NCBI GenBank assembly: GCA_904063045.1
Contig: CAJFCJ010000122.1
Coordinates: 1 to 33,864 of the forward strand
DNA: 33,864 nucleotides
Reading direction: 5' to 3'
Source of the DNA: Dimorphilus gyrociliatus
Lineage: Eukaryota; Animalia; Annelida
The translations under genes were made by a program, and so were the position numbers. The notes beneath the pieces were generated by a model, which was not told the origin of the DNA, ran no database searches, and saw only the letters and a program-made list of their open reading frames with translations. Each line of letters opens with the position of its first letter. Positions within the stretch are counted from its first letter, which is position 1. This document shows, piece after piece, positions 11,982 to 22,141 of the stretch.

Positions 11982-12616
11982 TGTACTGCTCTTGCTGGCA
12001 AAATCTATGCGTTTGCAAGTTATAACAATACTGGTTCTACTCGAACCTTTAAACAAATGTCTAAATTAAAATGGTTTATTCGCAATAATAATACTTAAGC
12101 AAGTAACAATATGAGAGTTCAATAGCAGAGTAGATAGTTTGTAATAGCAGGTTGCCAAATTACCAAACTGTCTTCCAATGTTGAGGAGTAGATGGATGGT
12201 TCCAGTGGAGGTTGTTTCCAGATGATTTTCCCAGGTCCTTGGGTCCAGATGGAAGCTGCATGCCAAATGAGAATAATGAGAATTTATATACTTTGAGGTT
12301 TGTCTCTGACATCCAATCATCACTTTACAGTTGCCGAAATGTGTAGTTCATATTTATCTTTAGTAACAGGATGTTACAAGGTTCAACATTTAGGAAGGTT
12401 AATTGAATTATAACTTGGCCACACCCTAGGCAAGTTAATTAAATTATAACTTGGCCAAACCTTTATTGGTAATTAAAGATGAGCCTTCAAGCTGACTAAT
12501 CAGACTTATGTTTGGCCAATGTTATAGCATTTTCTTGCGTAGGTTTTAAGATGTACATGTATATGTTGCATAAAATAATAGAGTTCAAGCATGTAAAATA
12601 TAACCAAAGTTGTACA
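11982..12616 (-). repeat. 3' LTR of element B
   Basis: 635 bp; 6 substitutions and no indels versus 20675-21309; TG...CA ends; TATA-like GTATATAAAT; internal repeat with 36-bp period. Confidence 0.97.
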
Positions 12617-12632
12617 ACTTCCCCCTTCTTTG
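12617..12632 (-). promoter_or_regulatory. Polypurine tract of element B
   Basis: Minus strand AAAGAAGGGGGAAGT directly before the 3' LTR TG. Confidence 0.9.
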
Positions 12633-12647
12633 TGAAGATGAGTCCCT

Positions 12648-15647
12648 TCATCTTGATTTAATGAGAATTACAGGTGGTTGTTCTTCTTCATTAGTTTGAT
12701 GTTGACTAAAGCTACAACTTTGTTTCATTAGTTTTGGGTTTTCAGGAGAGTTATCTGTGCTCTCACTTGGGGTAGCAATTTCTTCTCTTTGTTTTCTTCT
12801 TCCAATAATATAGTTGAAAATGATGATACATACCATTGACACTACAATACTCAAACAAATATTTCGTATGATAACATAAAGTGTTTTCCCAGGTTTATAG
12901 TACCAACTATGGAAAAACTGTTTAAGTCCAGATAAATTGGGTACAATGCCATTTTTCTCTGCAACAGTGACCATGTTATCATACCTTGCCTGCTTCTGTT
13001 CCAGTGAACTGATAACTTGCTTAATTTTGAGTGCTGGTATGCAATATCCTTCTTTACCCCATGGTGGAGTAGATCAGCTAATCTGGCAATTTCAATTTTT
13101 GGTTCAGAAAGGTGATTGTGGATATGTAACTGCATGGATTTTGCAGACACAGTGTGAAATCTGCATCCTCTTTCTGAATAATACACATATGTTTTGTCTT
13201 TCATTGGTTGGTTTCTTATAGGATTTAATGGGTTGTGAGTTGTTTTGTAGAATAACTTGTTAAACTTACACTCATTATAGGTAATCTCTTCAGGATTGAC
13301 TTGCTGTAAAACATGAGTAACTGGTTCTACTTGGAAAAGCAGGTTGTTCATGGTGACAAGTAAAAATTGAGAACATTTGTTATTCTTTTTTATCATGCTT
13401 AAGTCACAAACTACTTCTGTTGAGGCTATTGGTGAACATTGTTTAATTATAGCTAATTCTCCCATCTGACTACTGTGCATTCCCAACTCATTTGTTAACA
13501 CTGTGGTCAATTGAGGATCCAAATTTGCTAGTAATGCCATCATTCTGCTTCTTTGAACAAATTGATTGCAGAGAAGACTTGACAGCTGTTGGGTAAACTT
13601 TTTTTAAATTCTTAAAATTGGAATCAATACCATGTAGTAAGGTAGATGTTTGGGCAGCTTCTCTCATTTCCAATGGGAATTTGTGGTATGGGTTTTTACT
13701 TATCTTATGTTTCAGTTTTGCTTCCTTCTTCATCTGCTTTTTAGCCATTCTCATGTGTAGAGTAAAATAAATTCCTTCATAGGTAATCTTAAATTCTCTG
13801 GCTGGTGGTCCTTTATACCATATGCCCAATGTTGGTAATACCTTCTTTTTGATTCTTTTCTCACTGTATACATATTTTGAAATCGTGACAGATTGTCTTG
13901 TTGCCCTTGTCCAATTGACTGCTTGCAGCATTTCTTGGATATAATAGTTATCCAGCTCCCAGTAAGATGGACTAATGGGTTGTTGTAGATGATATATCAC
14001 AACTTCCTTGAGTGTGCCTTTATTTCTCATTAGTTTATACTTTGTGTTTGTTTCTCTGTACCATTGGTTAAGACTTGGTAAGGGGTTGTTTCGCTTGTAT
14101 AGTATAATTTGTTCTTTAACTTTATTGGGATAGTTTAATAGTCGTTTTTCTTCATTTTTGCCAATCTTCTGATATTGTAGCAAATTGTATAGGTGTTCCT
14201 TGCTTGTTTCCTGTATTAAACTCTGTTCCTCCAGTGGTACTAGTACTTTTGTTCCAGGACCACCAATTCCATCAATGAACTTATCTTGATAAGGGATGTC
14301 CAGAATAGAATACCCTGGACAAGAATAGTGACCAGCAAATTTGATACAACTAATTCTGTTGCTAATTTATCCATGGTGATTGTTGCCCAAGTGTGTAATT
14401 ATTCTTGAGGTTTCTAAAGACAATAATTGCCTCTTCTGTCTCACAATAGGACTGCCCTGGTAAACAATCTTCCAGGTAGTCCAGATTAGTTGTAATTTTC
14501 ATATTAGGAGGTTGCCAATATGCTTTGCCAAGCTGGATAATTGTGGTGTATTCCAGCACCTTGGTAGTTGTTGGCCATGTGTAGGCAGCAGGAAACTGAT
14601 CTTGGTGGATCCAAGTGTTTCTTTTCACCATTAAAGGTTTTCCTTGAAAAGATCGTTTGTCTTTTACCATCTGTCTGCATTGATCATGAGTTACTTTGAT
14701 AACTGAGTTAACAATTCTCCTCTTCTTTGCTCCAAAGAAATAGTAAGTGTAAAAATTAGTTCTTAGATACACTTGACATTTTACTGCTCTTGTTTCAATT
14801 TCTTCCAAGTTCAATTCATAGATATCAGCTGTAATTGTCTTGGTTTCTTGTGATTCTATATTACAAGTTGGCTCATCTGCTAGATCAAATGCCTGGCTTG
14901 GTAGTTGGTTAGAACAAAAGTATAACGGTGGTTTAAATGTTAAGGTAATGTTTGCACTTGTAACATGGGCACCTTGGTAGGATGGTTTGGGACTGTTATT
15001 GAGTGGATGCAGCCACAGATCACCATTACAGTCATCACTAGTGGAAGCCACAACATCTGTTTCATGTTAGCTCTTCCTGTGTTGGCTATAGTTGAATGGT
15101 TGAAAATTTTGTGTTGTTGTTCCACTCTGATAGTTATTCCATCTTCTAACTCTATATATTGTGGTTCCACTTCTTGTTGGGAATCTAATTGTTCAGAGAT
15201 GATTTTAGTCTCATCTAAAAATATCACTGACTCATTGTCTGTGTCACTTGTATTTTCTTTCTCATCTTGGGATGAATCTACCACTATGAGGGACTCATTA
15301 TCTGAATGGGTTATGTCAATAATTTCACCTTCAATAATTATTGACTCATTATCCGAATGGGTTATATCAATAATTTCACTTTCAATAATTATTGACTCAT
15401 CGTCTGAACTAGATATTTCATCTTCTCTATCAGAGATAATGTTTGCCTCTGAATCTGTATTTTGATCCAGTTCATTATTTGTTTCTGTGTCATCACTTTC
15501 AGATGAGCTTGAAGGTTCATTGAGACTGTAATTACTGTCTGTTTTGAAAGTATTGCTTGTGTCATAACCAGTATCAGAATTAGTAACTTCCATCTCTGAG
15601 TCATCACTATCTGAACTTTCTGATGAAGAGTCATGCTGTCCCATCAT
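12648..15647 (-). CDS. env: Env of element B: ~200-aa acidic leader, signal peptide, class III (gB-like) ectodomain, TM; frameshifted
   Basis: D/E/S-rich tract; MKQMLWLPLVMTVMVICGC signal; FYTYYFFGAKK; YTWPTTT; LLCNQFVQRSRMMALLANLDPQL...MGELAIIKQCSPI after frame correction; TM ICLSIVVSMVCIIIFNYII; four frameshifts. Confidence 0.85.
15292..15410 (-). repeat. 51-bp coding tandem repeat (17 aa, ESIIIEsEIIDITHSDN), about 2.3 copies
   Basis: Units at 15292-15342 and 15343-15393, partial unit from 15394. Confidence 0.9.
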
Positions 15648-15679
15648 GGCTATAGTGACTTTGTTTAGTTGAGGTTGCC

Positions 15680-16075
15680 TTATTCTTTCAGCCAGGTTCC
15701 TTTCCTTCTATCAAATNTTCCCTTTCCTTCTATCAAATTTGAGAGAACACTGTTAGCTTCAAAATTGAGGTTTGCTCCCACAGTTTGTAGGAAATCACAA
15801 CCAAGTATTATTGCTATGTCTAGATTTTCCATAACTATAAATTCTTGTTCCATACTTTCTCCAGCAAATTGGATATTCAGCTTTACGCTTCCTTTTTGCT
15901 TTAAAGCTTTCCCATCAGCTGAAGTTATAATTGGTAAGCCAATTGTTTCTTTATCCATAATTGTAACATCCATTAACTTGATTTCTTTTTCAGTAATAAA
16001 GGATCTCAATGCTCCTGTGTCACACAAGGCAATGACTTCTTGGCCTTTTGATTCTTCAAACGGAATTGGAAGTCA
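15680..16075 (-). CDS. Second retropepsin-type aspartic protease domain downstream of integrase
   Basis: GQEVIALCDTGALRSFI (DTG at 16013-16021) ... QEFIVMENLDIAIILGCDFLQ (ILGCDFL at 15788-15808); one extra A in the run at 16046-16049 would join it in frame to the IN C-terminus. Confidence 0.88.
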
Positions 16076-19028
16076 TTTCTTCCTTCTACCTGAGAAAGAT
16101 ATTGGAGGTGTGTTATTTCCTTCTCCACAAGGTGAAAGATTGTTGTTGCTTCTTTCCCTGTTTCCAACTTATTAGATTCATTGGCTAGTCTTAATCTGCT
16201 ACCATGTACCAACTTGCATGTATTATCATCCATTTGTATTTCATATATCCACTTTTGATGATTGACTTTTGTTATTCGGTATGGGCCTAACCATTTTAAA
16301 GAAGGGATTTTGTTATTGCAATTCTTGCAGCATCATTTCTTAAGAATACTTCATCATCAACCTCAAAATATTTTGGAAGATTGAGACTTCTATTCTTTCT
16401 TTCCCTATATTGTTCTTTTGCCATGATGGATTTACAGAAGGCTGTAGCTCTTAACTGTACTAATTGCTGCTGGTGATTGAATACAAATAGTACATTTGTT
16501 TCAGGAGAGGTAGTATGCATTGTTACATCAATCAGTGTTCTTGTGCTGGTGCCAAAAAGAAGTTCCTGGGGTGGTAGTCTTGTACTTCCTACAGGTGATT
16601 GATTCAAAAATGCTTGAATCAAGGGTAGGTTTGCAACCCAGTTATGCTGATTTTCTTCCACCACTAATTTATTGATTTCCTTCCTCACTTCTCTATTTCT
16701 TCGTTCAACTAGTCCATTGCTCTGGCTTCTATAAGCTGTTGTTTGGATTTTCTCAATACCTAATACCTTCATAAACTCTTTAAAAGCTTTACCAACAAAG
16801 TTTCTTCCTTGATCTGTCAACATTTGTTTTGGAATTCCAAAATGGGAAAAAATCTGTTGAAAAGAAGGTTTGCAATTTCTTTACTGGTTTGCTGTTTGAG
16901 TGCATATAAAACTGTGTATCTACTGAAATGATCCACTATCACAAGTATGAATCTGTATGACTTAACCATGGGTAAGGGTCCCATTATATCCATGGCTACC
17001 AACTCCATTGGTGATGCAGGGTGAAAGGTTTCTACCAAAGGGTATACTCTACTCCTACCATTCATTTGTTCACACAAAGTGCAATCCTTTATTGAATTCT
17101 CAATCATAATCTTTAATTTTGGGTGCCAAAAGGTCTTTGTAATTATTTGTAATGTCATTCTGGGTCCATGGTGATTGTGAATTTTATTTTTATGGAATTT
17201 AGGGAGCAGAGTTAGCATCAAATGGTCAGGTAAAACCAGAATGTTTCTTTCTTCAAGGATAATCCAGATCATTTCCTTGTGAACAAACATCTCCATTATG
17301 AAAGGTGTAAAAGTTCCAAAATAAGGAATAGGTAGCTGACCATCCAATGTTAAATATTCTTTAATTGATTTTAAATTCACATCTTTTTCTTGCTCTGACT
17401 GTAAGTCAACAGAAGACAAATCAATTTTCTCTTCACTGTTATCACTGGTAGCTACAAAAGTTAACTCTGGTGTATGTTCATACTGTTCCATTTTAACTGA
17501 AATAGAGGGAGAATTCTCCTTTTTGATCTTTCCATGAATTAGCTCTTCAAATGTTACTTTCCTTGGGGGTGTATATTCTTCTAATCTTGTTAATGCATCT
17601 GCTCTATTTTTTCGTCCTGTCACATAGTTAATTGTAAATTTTAAATCCATTAAAGCCATGACCCATTTTGCTGTGCTGACATTCAATTTGTTTTGCTTAA
17701 ATGTTTGTACTAGACTCTGATGGTCAGTATATAAAAAGAATGGCTTGTCTTGAAGGTAATGTAAAAATTTCTTTACAACCCAGTAAACCCCAAATGCTTC
17801 CTTTTGATAGGCTGCATATTTCATTTGATTATTGTTGAATTGTTTTGAAGCGTAGGCAATGGGTTTCATTGTTTTCTTCCCATTCTCATCTACATAAACT
17901 TGTTCAAGAACTCCTCCTACAGCTACATTCGATGCATCTGTTGTTAAGTGAAAATCTTTAGCAAAATCAGGTAGTTGTAATACAGGAGGGTTAACTACTG
18001 CATCTCTCAACTTGAAAATGATTGCTTGGCTTCCTCAGTCCATTGCAATTTATCCTTTTTCCCATGTAGTTTCATTAACATATACAGAGGTTTAGCTACT
18101 CTTGCAAAATCTTGTATAAATTTTCTGTAATAGCCACAAAATGCAACAAAGCTTAGTAGTGAATTTGCAAACACTGGTGGCTGTAAATTATATAATTTAT
18201 CTGTCTTGGACTTATCTGTTTCAATCCCCTTTTCTGATACAATGTGTCCCAAGAATTGAACTTGTTCTTTCAAAAACACACATTTACTTAGTTTAATCTT
18301 AAAATTGTACTTTTGAATCTGTTGAAGAATGGTCTCCAATGCTTCCCAATGTTGGTCCAGCGACTTGGTAAATATTATTATGTCATCAAGGTAGTTTAGG
18401 CACAAATGCTTTACATCCTTTAGCACAAATGAATTCATTACATAACTAAAATGAGGAGGGGCATTGGTTAATCCAAAAGGCATCTTAATAAATTCAAACA
18501 AGCCAAAAGGTGTAATAAATGCTGTTTTAGACCTATCTTCTTTCTTGATGTTAATGTGGTGGTATGCACTTGTCAAATCCATTGTAGAAAAGAATTATTT
18601 CCTCCTCCCAAATGGTCAAAAAGATCATCTTGATTTGGCAGTGGATACTTGTTTTTAACTGTCATTTTGTTTAGTTTTCTATAATCTACACACATTCGTA
18701 GACTACCTTCCTTCTTTCTTACAAAAACAATTGGTGAAGCCCAATTGCTCTTGCTTGGTTGAATAACTTTGCTTTTTACCAATTCAGCTATCTGTTGCTT
18801 ACATTCTTCTTGTTTTTGAGGAGGCATTCTATATGGCCTTTGTCTATATGGTGTTGAACCTGGTTCAAGAGTTATTTCCAAGGGTGGTACCTCTGGATTG
18901 CCAATATCAAATCTGTCTTCTGCAATAGTTTCTTTATATTTTGCCAGAATTTGGGTAACTTTGTTCTTCATCTCGGGATTTCTTGTTCAATTGTTGTCTG
19001 AAGGGTATGTATTTGACTCTCATTCTTT
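16076..19028 (-). CDS. pol: Pol of element B (RT, RNase H, integrase), frameshifted
   Basis: [10 protein letters not shown]; [25 protein letters not shown]; YLDD (18382-18393); [13 protein letters not shown]; [10 protein letters not shown]...CTLC; AMDIMGP, MLTDQG, GLVERRN; C-terminal WLGPY...VHGSRLR. Confidence 0.95.
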
Positions 19029-20614
19029 TCATAATAAGAGGAACTGGGTAAAATCCTTTGAAAGATAAGTGTTGTGTTCCAACAGGGTAATTCTTTTCTG
19101 TACCTGGCTGGAGTATAATCTGTCTCTTGCCAAAGTCAAGGGTAGCTCCATTTTGTTGTAGAAAGTCACACCCAATAATACATGTTGTGTAATGATTTTG
19201 TTGATCAGAAAGCGTTGTTTAATAATCTTTTCATTAAAATAAAGTCTGAGAATGATTTCTCCACATATCTCGATGCTATTTCCTGAAGCATCTCTAGCAT
19301 TTTTCACAGTTTGTTCTGGGAAGGATGCTTTTCCTTGAACTTGTCTTAATACCTTTTTTGAAATGAAAGATCTGTCACTACCAGAGTCTATCAAGGCATC
19401 AAACTTAAAACCAGTATTAGTTTCAAATTGTCCAATAAATGTTGAAGCATTTTGCTCAGATTGTTTGCTTTGTAACAGCTGACAAGTGGATTCGTCACTA
19501 TCTGAAAAACAGAGAATATCTTGAACTTCGTCATTTTCTGACATGCTTTCATTGTCTAATGTTTCTAATTTTTGTAGCTTAGGTTCCTCTTTCAGTATCG
19601 TCTTTGCTGGTTGATTTTTCTTATAATACCTATTTGTTGTAGTTGGTGCATACTTTTGGACTTTTTGGCTTGAAAACTTTTCTTTAGTAGCATTTTTGTT
19701 GTCAGGTACATGCTTTCTATTCCAAAACTTTGGGGTTTCTGTAGAAGCATCTTTTCTGATTACCTGGGTCTTTTTGGTCTCTTTTCTTTGTTGAGTTTCC
19801 AATTTTGACACCATTGTGATCAGTTTTCTTTGAGTTAGTTTTAATGAAGTTTCTGCTTGCTTAGCAGCCTCATATAGTTCTCCCAATGTTTGACATTTAG
19901 GATGTAAGTGTACACTAAATGTAGAATATCCTGTTGTAATCCTCTTTGTAAAACTTCCATCAGTTTTATTTCTTTCATAGTTGCAAGCAATTGTGGTTCC
20001 ATTGGTCTAGTTGGAGAAAACCTCTTTATCAATTTCTTTGCTCTATTAACAAACTGAACCACACTTTCGCCATTCATTTGCTTTAAGTTAAGCAATTTCT
20101 CTTGATACTCCAAAGGATCCAGATCAAATTCGTCATGGAGGGCTTTCCATATTTCCTCCACAGTAGGCTCTCCATCCAGAGCCAACACCAAATCCTTTGC
20201 AGGACCAGTTAAATAATCTAAAAGATTTGCTTTCACAACATCTTCTCCTATCCAACCATAAGCATAACATGCCTGATTAAAGTCTTCTTTGAATTTTGAA
20301 CACTCCTTGCTTCCATCATACAACTTGAGAATAGTTCTTTGAGGGCGGTCCCAAGCAGCCCTTAATGCTTGAATTACTGTTGTGATATCAACATTTGGGT
20401 TCTGTGCTGGGTGATGTGTTCCATCTCCATGATCTGTTGGAATTGTGATTCGATTTCTTTTCATTTCACTCACCAATCTATCATAGTCTTCAATTAGTCT
20501 TTGTTGCCTTTCTAACATTCCTGCTGGCTGAATTGTAATTGTTGGAGTTGCTGGGGTTGAAGGGTTAGAGTCTGTAACTGCCCCAGTGGCGTTTCCATTT
20601 CCTCCTTCTGCCAT
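19029..20614 (-). CDS. gag: Gag and first aspartic protease of element B, one frameshift near 19890
   Basis: ATG 20614 just after the PBS; retrotransposon gag-like core (FKEDFNQAC..YGW...NLLDYLTGPA, LKQMNGESVVQFVNR); no CCHC knuckle seen; ALIDSGSDRSFI (DSG at 19380-19388). Confidence 0.9.
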
Positions 20615-20652
20615 ATTTACTTTCTCAAAACTTTTGAATAAACCAAAAGAAT

Positions 20653-20670
20653 ATCCTGTCGACTGCGCCA
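20653..20670 (-). promoter_or_regulatory. Primer binding site, probably tRNA-Ser
   Basis: Minus strand TGGCGCAGTCGACAGGAT, 4 nt after the LTR; the complement ATCCTGTCGACTGCGCCA resembles the 3' end of animal tRNA-Ser. Confidence 0.85.
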
Positions 20671-20674
20671 AATT

Positions 20675-21309
20675 TGTACTGCTCTTGCTGGCAAAATCTA
20701 TGCGTTTGCAAGTTATAACAATACTGGTTCTACTCGAACCTTTAAACAAATGTTTAAATTAAAACGGTTTATTCGCAATAATAATACTTAAGCAAGTAAC
20801 AATATGAGAGTTCAATAGCAGAGTAGATAGTTTGTAAAAGCAGGTTGCCAAATTACCAAACTGTCTTCTAATGTTGAGGAGTAGATGGATGGTTCCAGTG
20901 GAGGTTGTTTCCAGATGATTTTCCCAGGTCCTTGGGTCCAGATGGAAGCTGCATGCCAAATGAGAATAATGAGGATTTATATACTTTGAGGTTTGTCTCT
21001 GACATCCAATCATCACTTTACAGTTGCCGAAATGTGTAGTTCATATTTATCTTTAGTAACAGGATGTTACAAGGTTCAACATTTAGGAAGGTTAATTGAA
21101 TTATAACTTGGCCACACCCTAGGTAAGTTAATTAAATTATAACTTGGCCAAACCTTTATTGGTAATTAAAGATGAGCCTTCAAGCTGACTAATCAGACTT
21201 ATGTTTGGCCAATGTTATAGCATTTTCTTGCGTAGGTTTTAAGATGTACATGTATATGTTGCATAAAATAATAGAGTTCAAGCATGTAAAATATAACCAA
21301 AGTTGTACA
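20675..21309 (-). repeat. 5' LTR of element B
   Basis: 635-bp direct repeat of 11982-12616, followed by the PBS. Confidence 0.97.
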
Positions 21310-21909
21310 CTACCATCCAGTTTTTAGAAAAGTTTGATTTATCCTCTAACAATAACATGGGAAATGGTTTTCAAGAATTTTCTGAAGGACTCAATTCCTC
21401 TTCTGACAGTTTAGAGCAAATCAATGTTTGAGAATTTTTGTTAAGGAACATGTAGACAAAATTAAAATTGACAGAACTCACATGAATCTTTCTTTGACGT
21501 CAATTATGAATTTTCTTTTGGTAAAAATTGCTGTGATTCTTCAAAATTGATTATTGGTTTGTAAACCAAGGTGGAAAGAGTTTCTAAAGAAGTCTACACT
21601 AAAAATTCCATTTCTGTTTTCAAAGTCTCAAAATGTTTCCTTATTCTGGAGAGATTGAAAAGTTTAACAAATTCACCTGCAATGATCATTACATAGAGAT
21701 GACTATTCATCATACAAATGAATATTTAATAGTTAATAACGAAAAGAAAAATCTCATCAAATTTTACATTTATGATGAAAAAAATGAAAATAATCAAACA
21801 ATTTTGAGAATATTTCCACAAATACAAGTAGTCAATTGAAAATTGAATTTGAATAAAACAAATATTTAACATTCCATTCTTTTTTTTCAGAATTATCAGT
21901 TCAACTTTG

Positions 21910-21994
21910 GGACATTTCAGCCCAGGACATTTCGGCCCACTTTAGGACATTTCGGCCCAGGACATTTTAGCCCACTTTAGGACATTTCGGCCCA
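21910..21994. repeat. Subterminal array of MULE 3: five 15-bp GGACATTTCGGCCCA units, some separated by CTTTA
   Basis: Units at 21910, 21925, 21945, 21960 and 21980, downstream of the MULE 3 transposase stop. Confidence 0.9.
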
Positions 21995-22141
21995 TTTTAG
22001 AGCATTAATATTCAAGAATATAACTTTCCATTTTATGATGGATTATGTTTATTTTTTCAATAAGAAAGGAAACAATTTCAAAACAGTAAAAGAATGATAT
22101 AACATACAATAACAAAAATGCAGAGGAAGAAATGTTAACTT

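Larger units (their letters stand above)
11982..21309 (-). mobile_element. Full-length env-bearing Ty3/Gypsy (errantivirus-like) retroelement B, 9328 bp
   Basis: Two 635-bp LTRs (TGTAC...GTACA), PBS, gag-PR-RT-RH-IN, second protease, env, PPT; no TSD found. Confidence 0.97.

Noticed and set aside
12066-12323. 85-aa ORF repeated at 20759-21016
   Set aside because: Lies within the LTRs and is repeated only because the LTR is; no homology evident.
15699-15738. 18-bp direct repeat CCTTTCCTTCTATCAAAT either side of the N at 15717
   Set aside because: Typical of overlapping contig ends joined by an N; treated as an assembly artefact, not a TSD or a real repeat.
14965-16175. Plus-strand ORFs 14965-15465 and 15669-16175
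   Set aside because: Antisense shadows of the acidic leader and protease 2; no recognisable motif.
20653-20670. tRNA-like 3' end sequence
   Set aside because: Only 18 nt, next to the LTR: it is the PBS, not a tRNA gene.
20615-20749. Upstream extension of the gag ORF in the ORF track (start 20749)
   Set aside because: Runs through the LTR and PBS from a non-ATG start; ATG 20614 is the likely start.
21910-21994. Regularly spaced short repeats (also 8633-8712 and 11227-11326) resembling a CRISPR array
   Set aside because: No unique spacers, no cas genes, eukaryotic context; these are MULE subterminal repeats.
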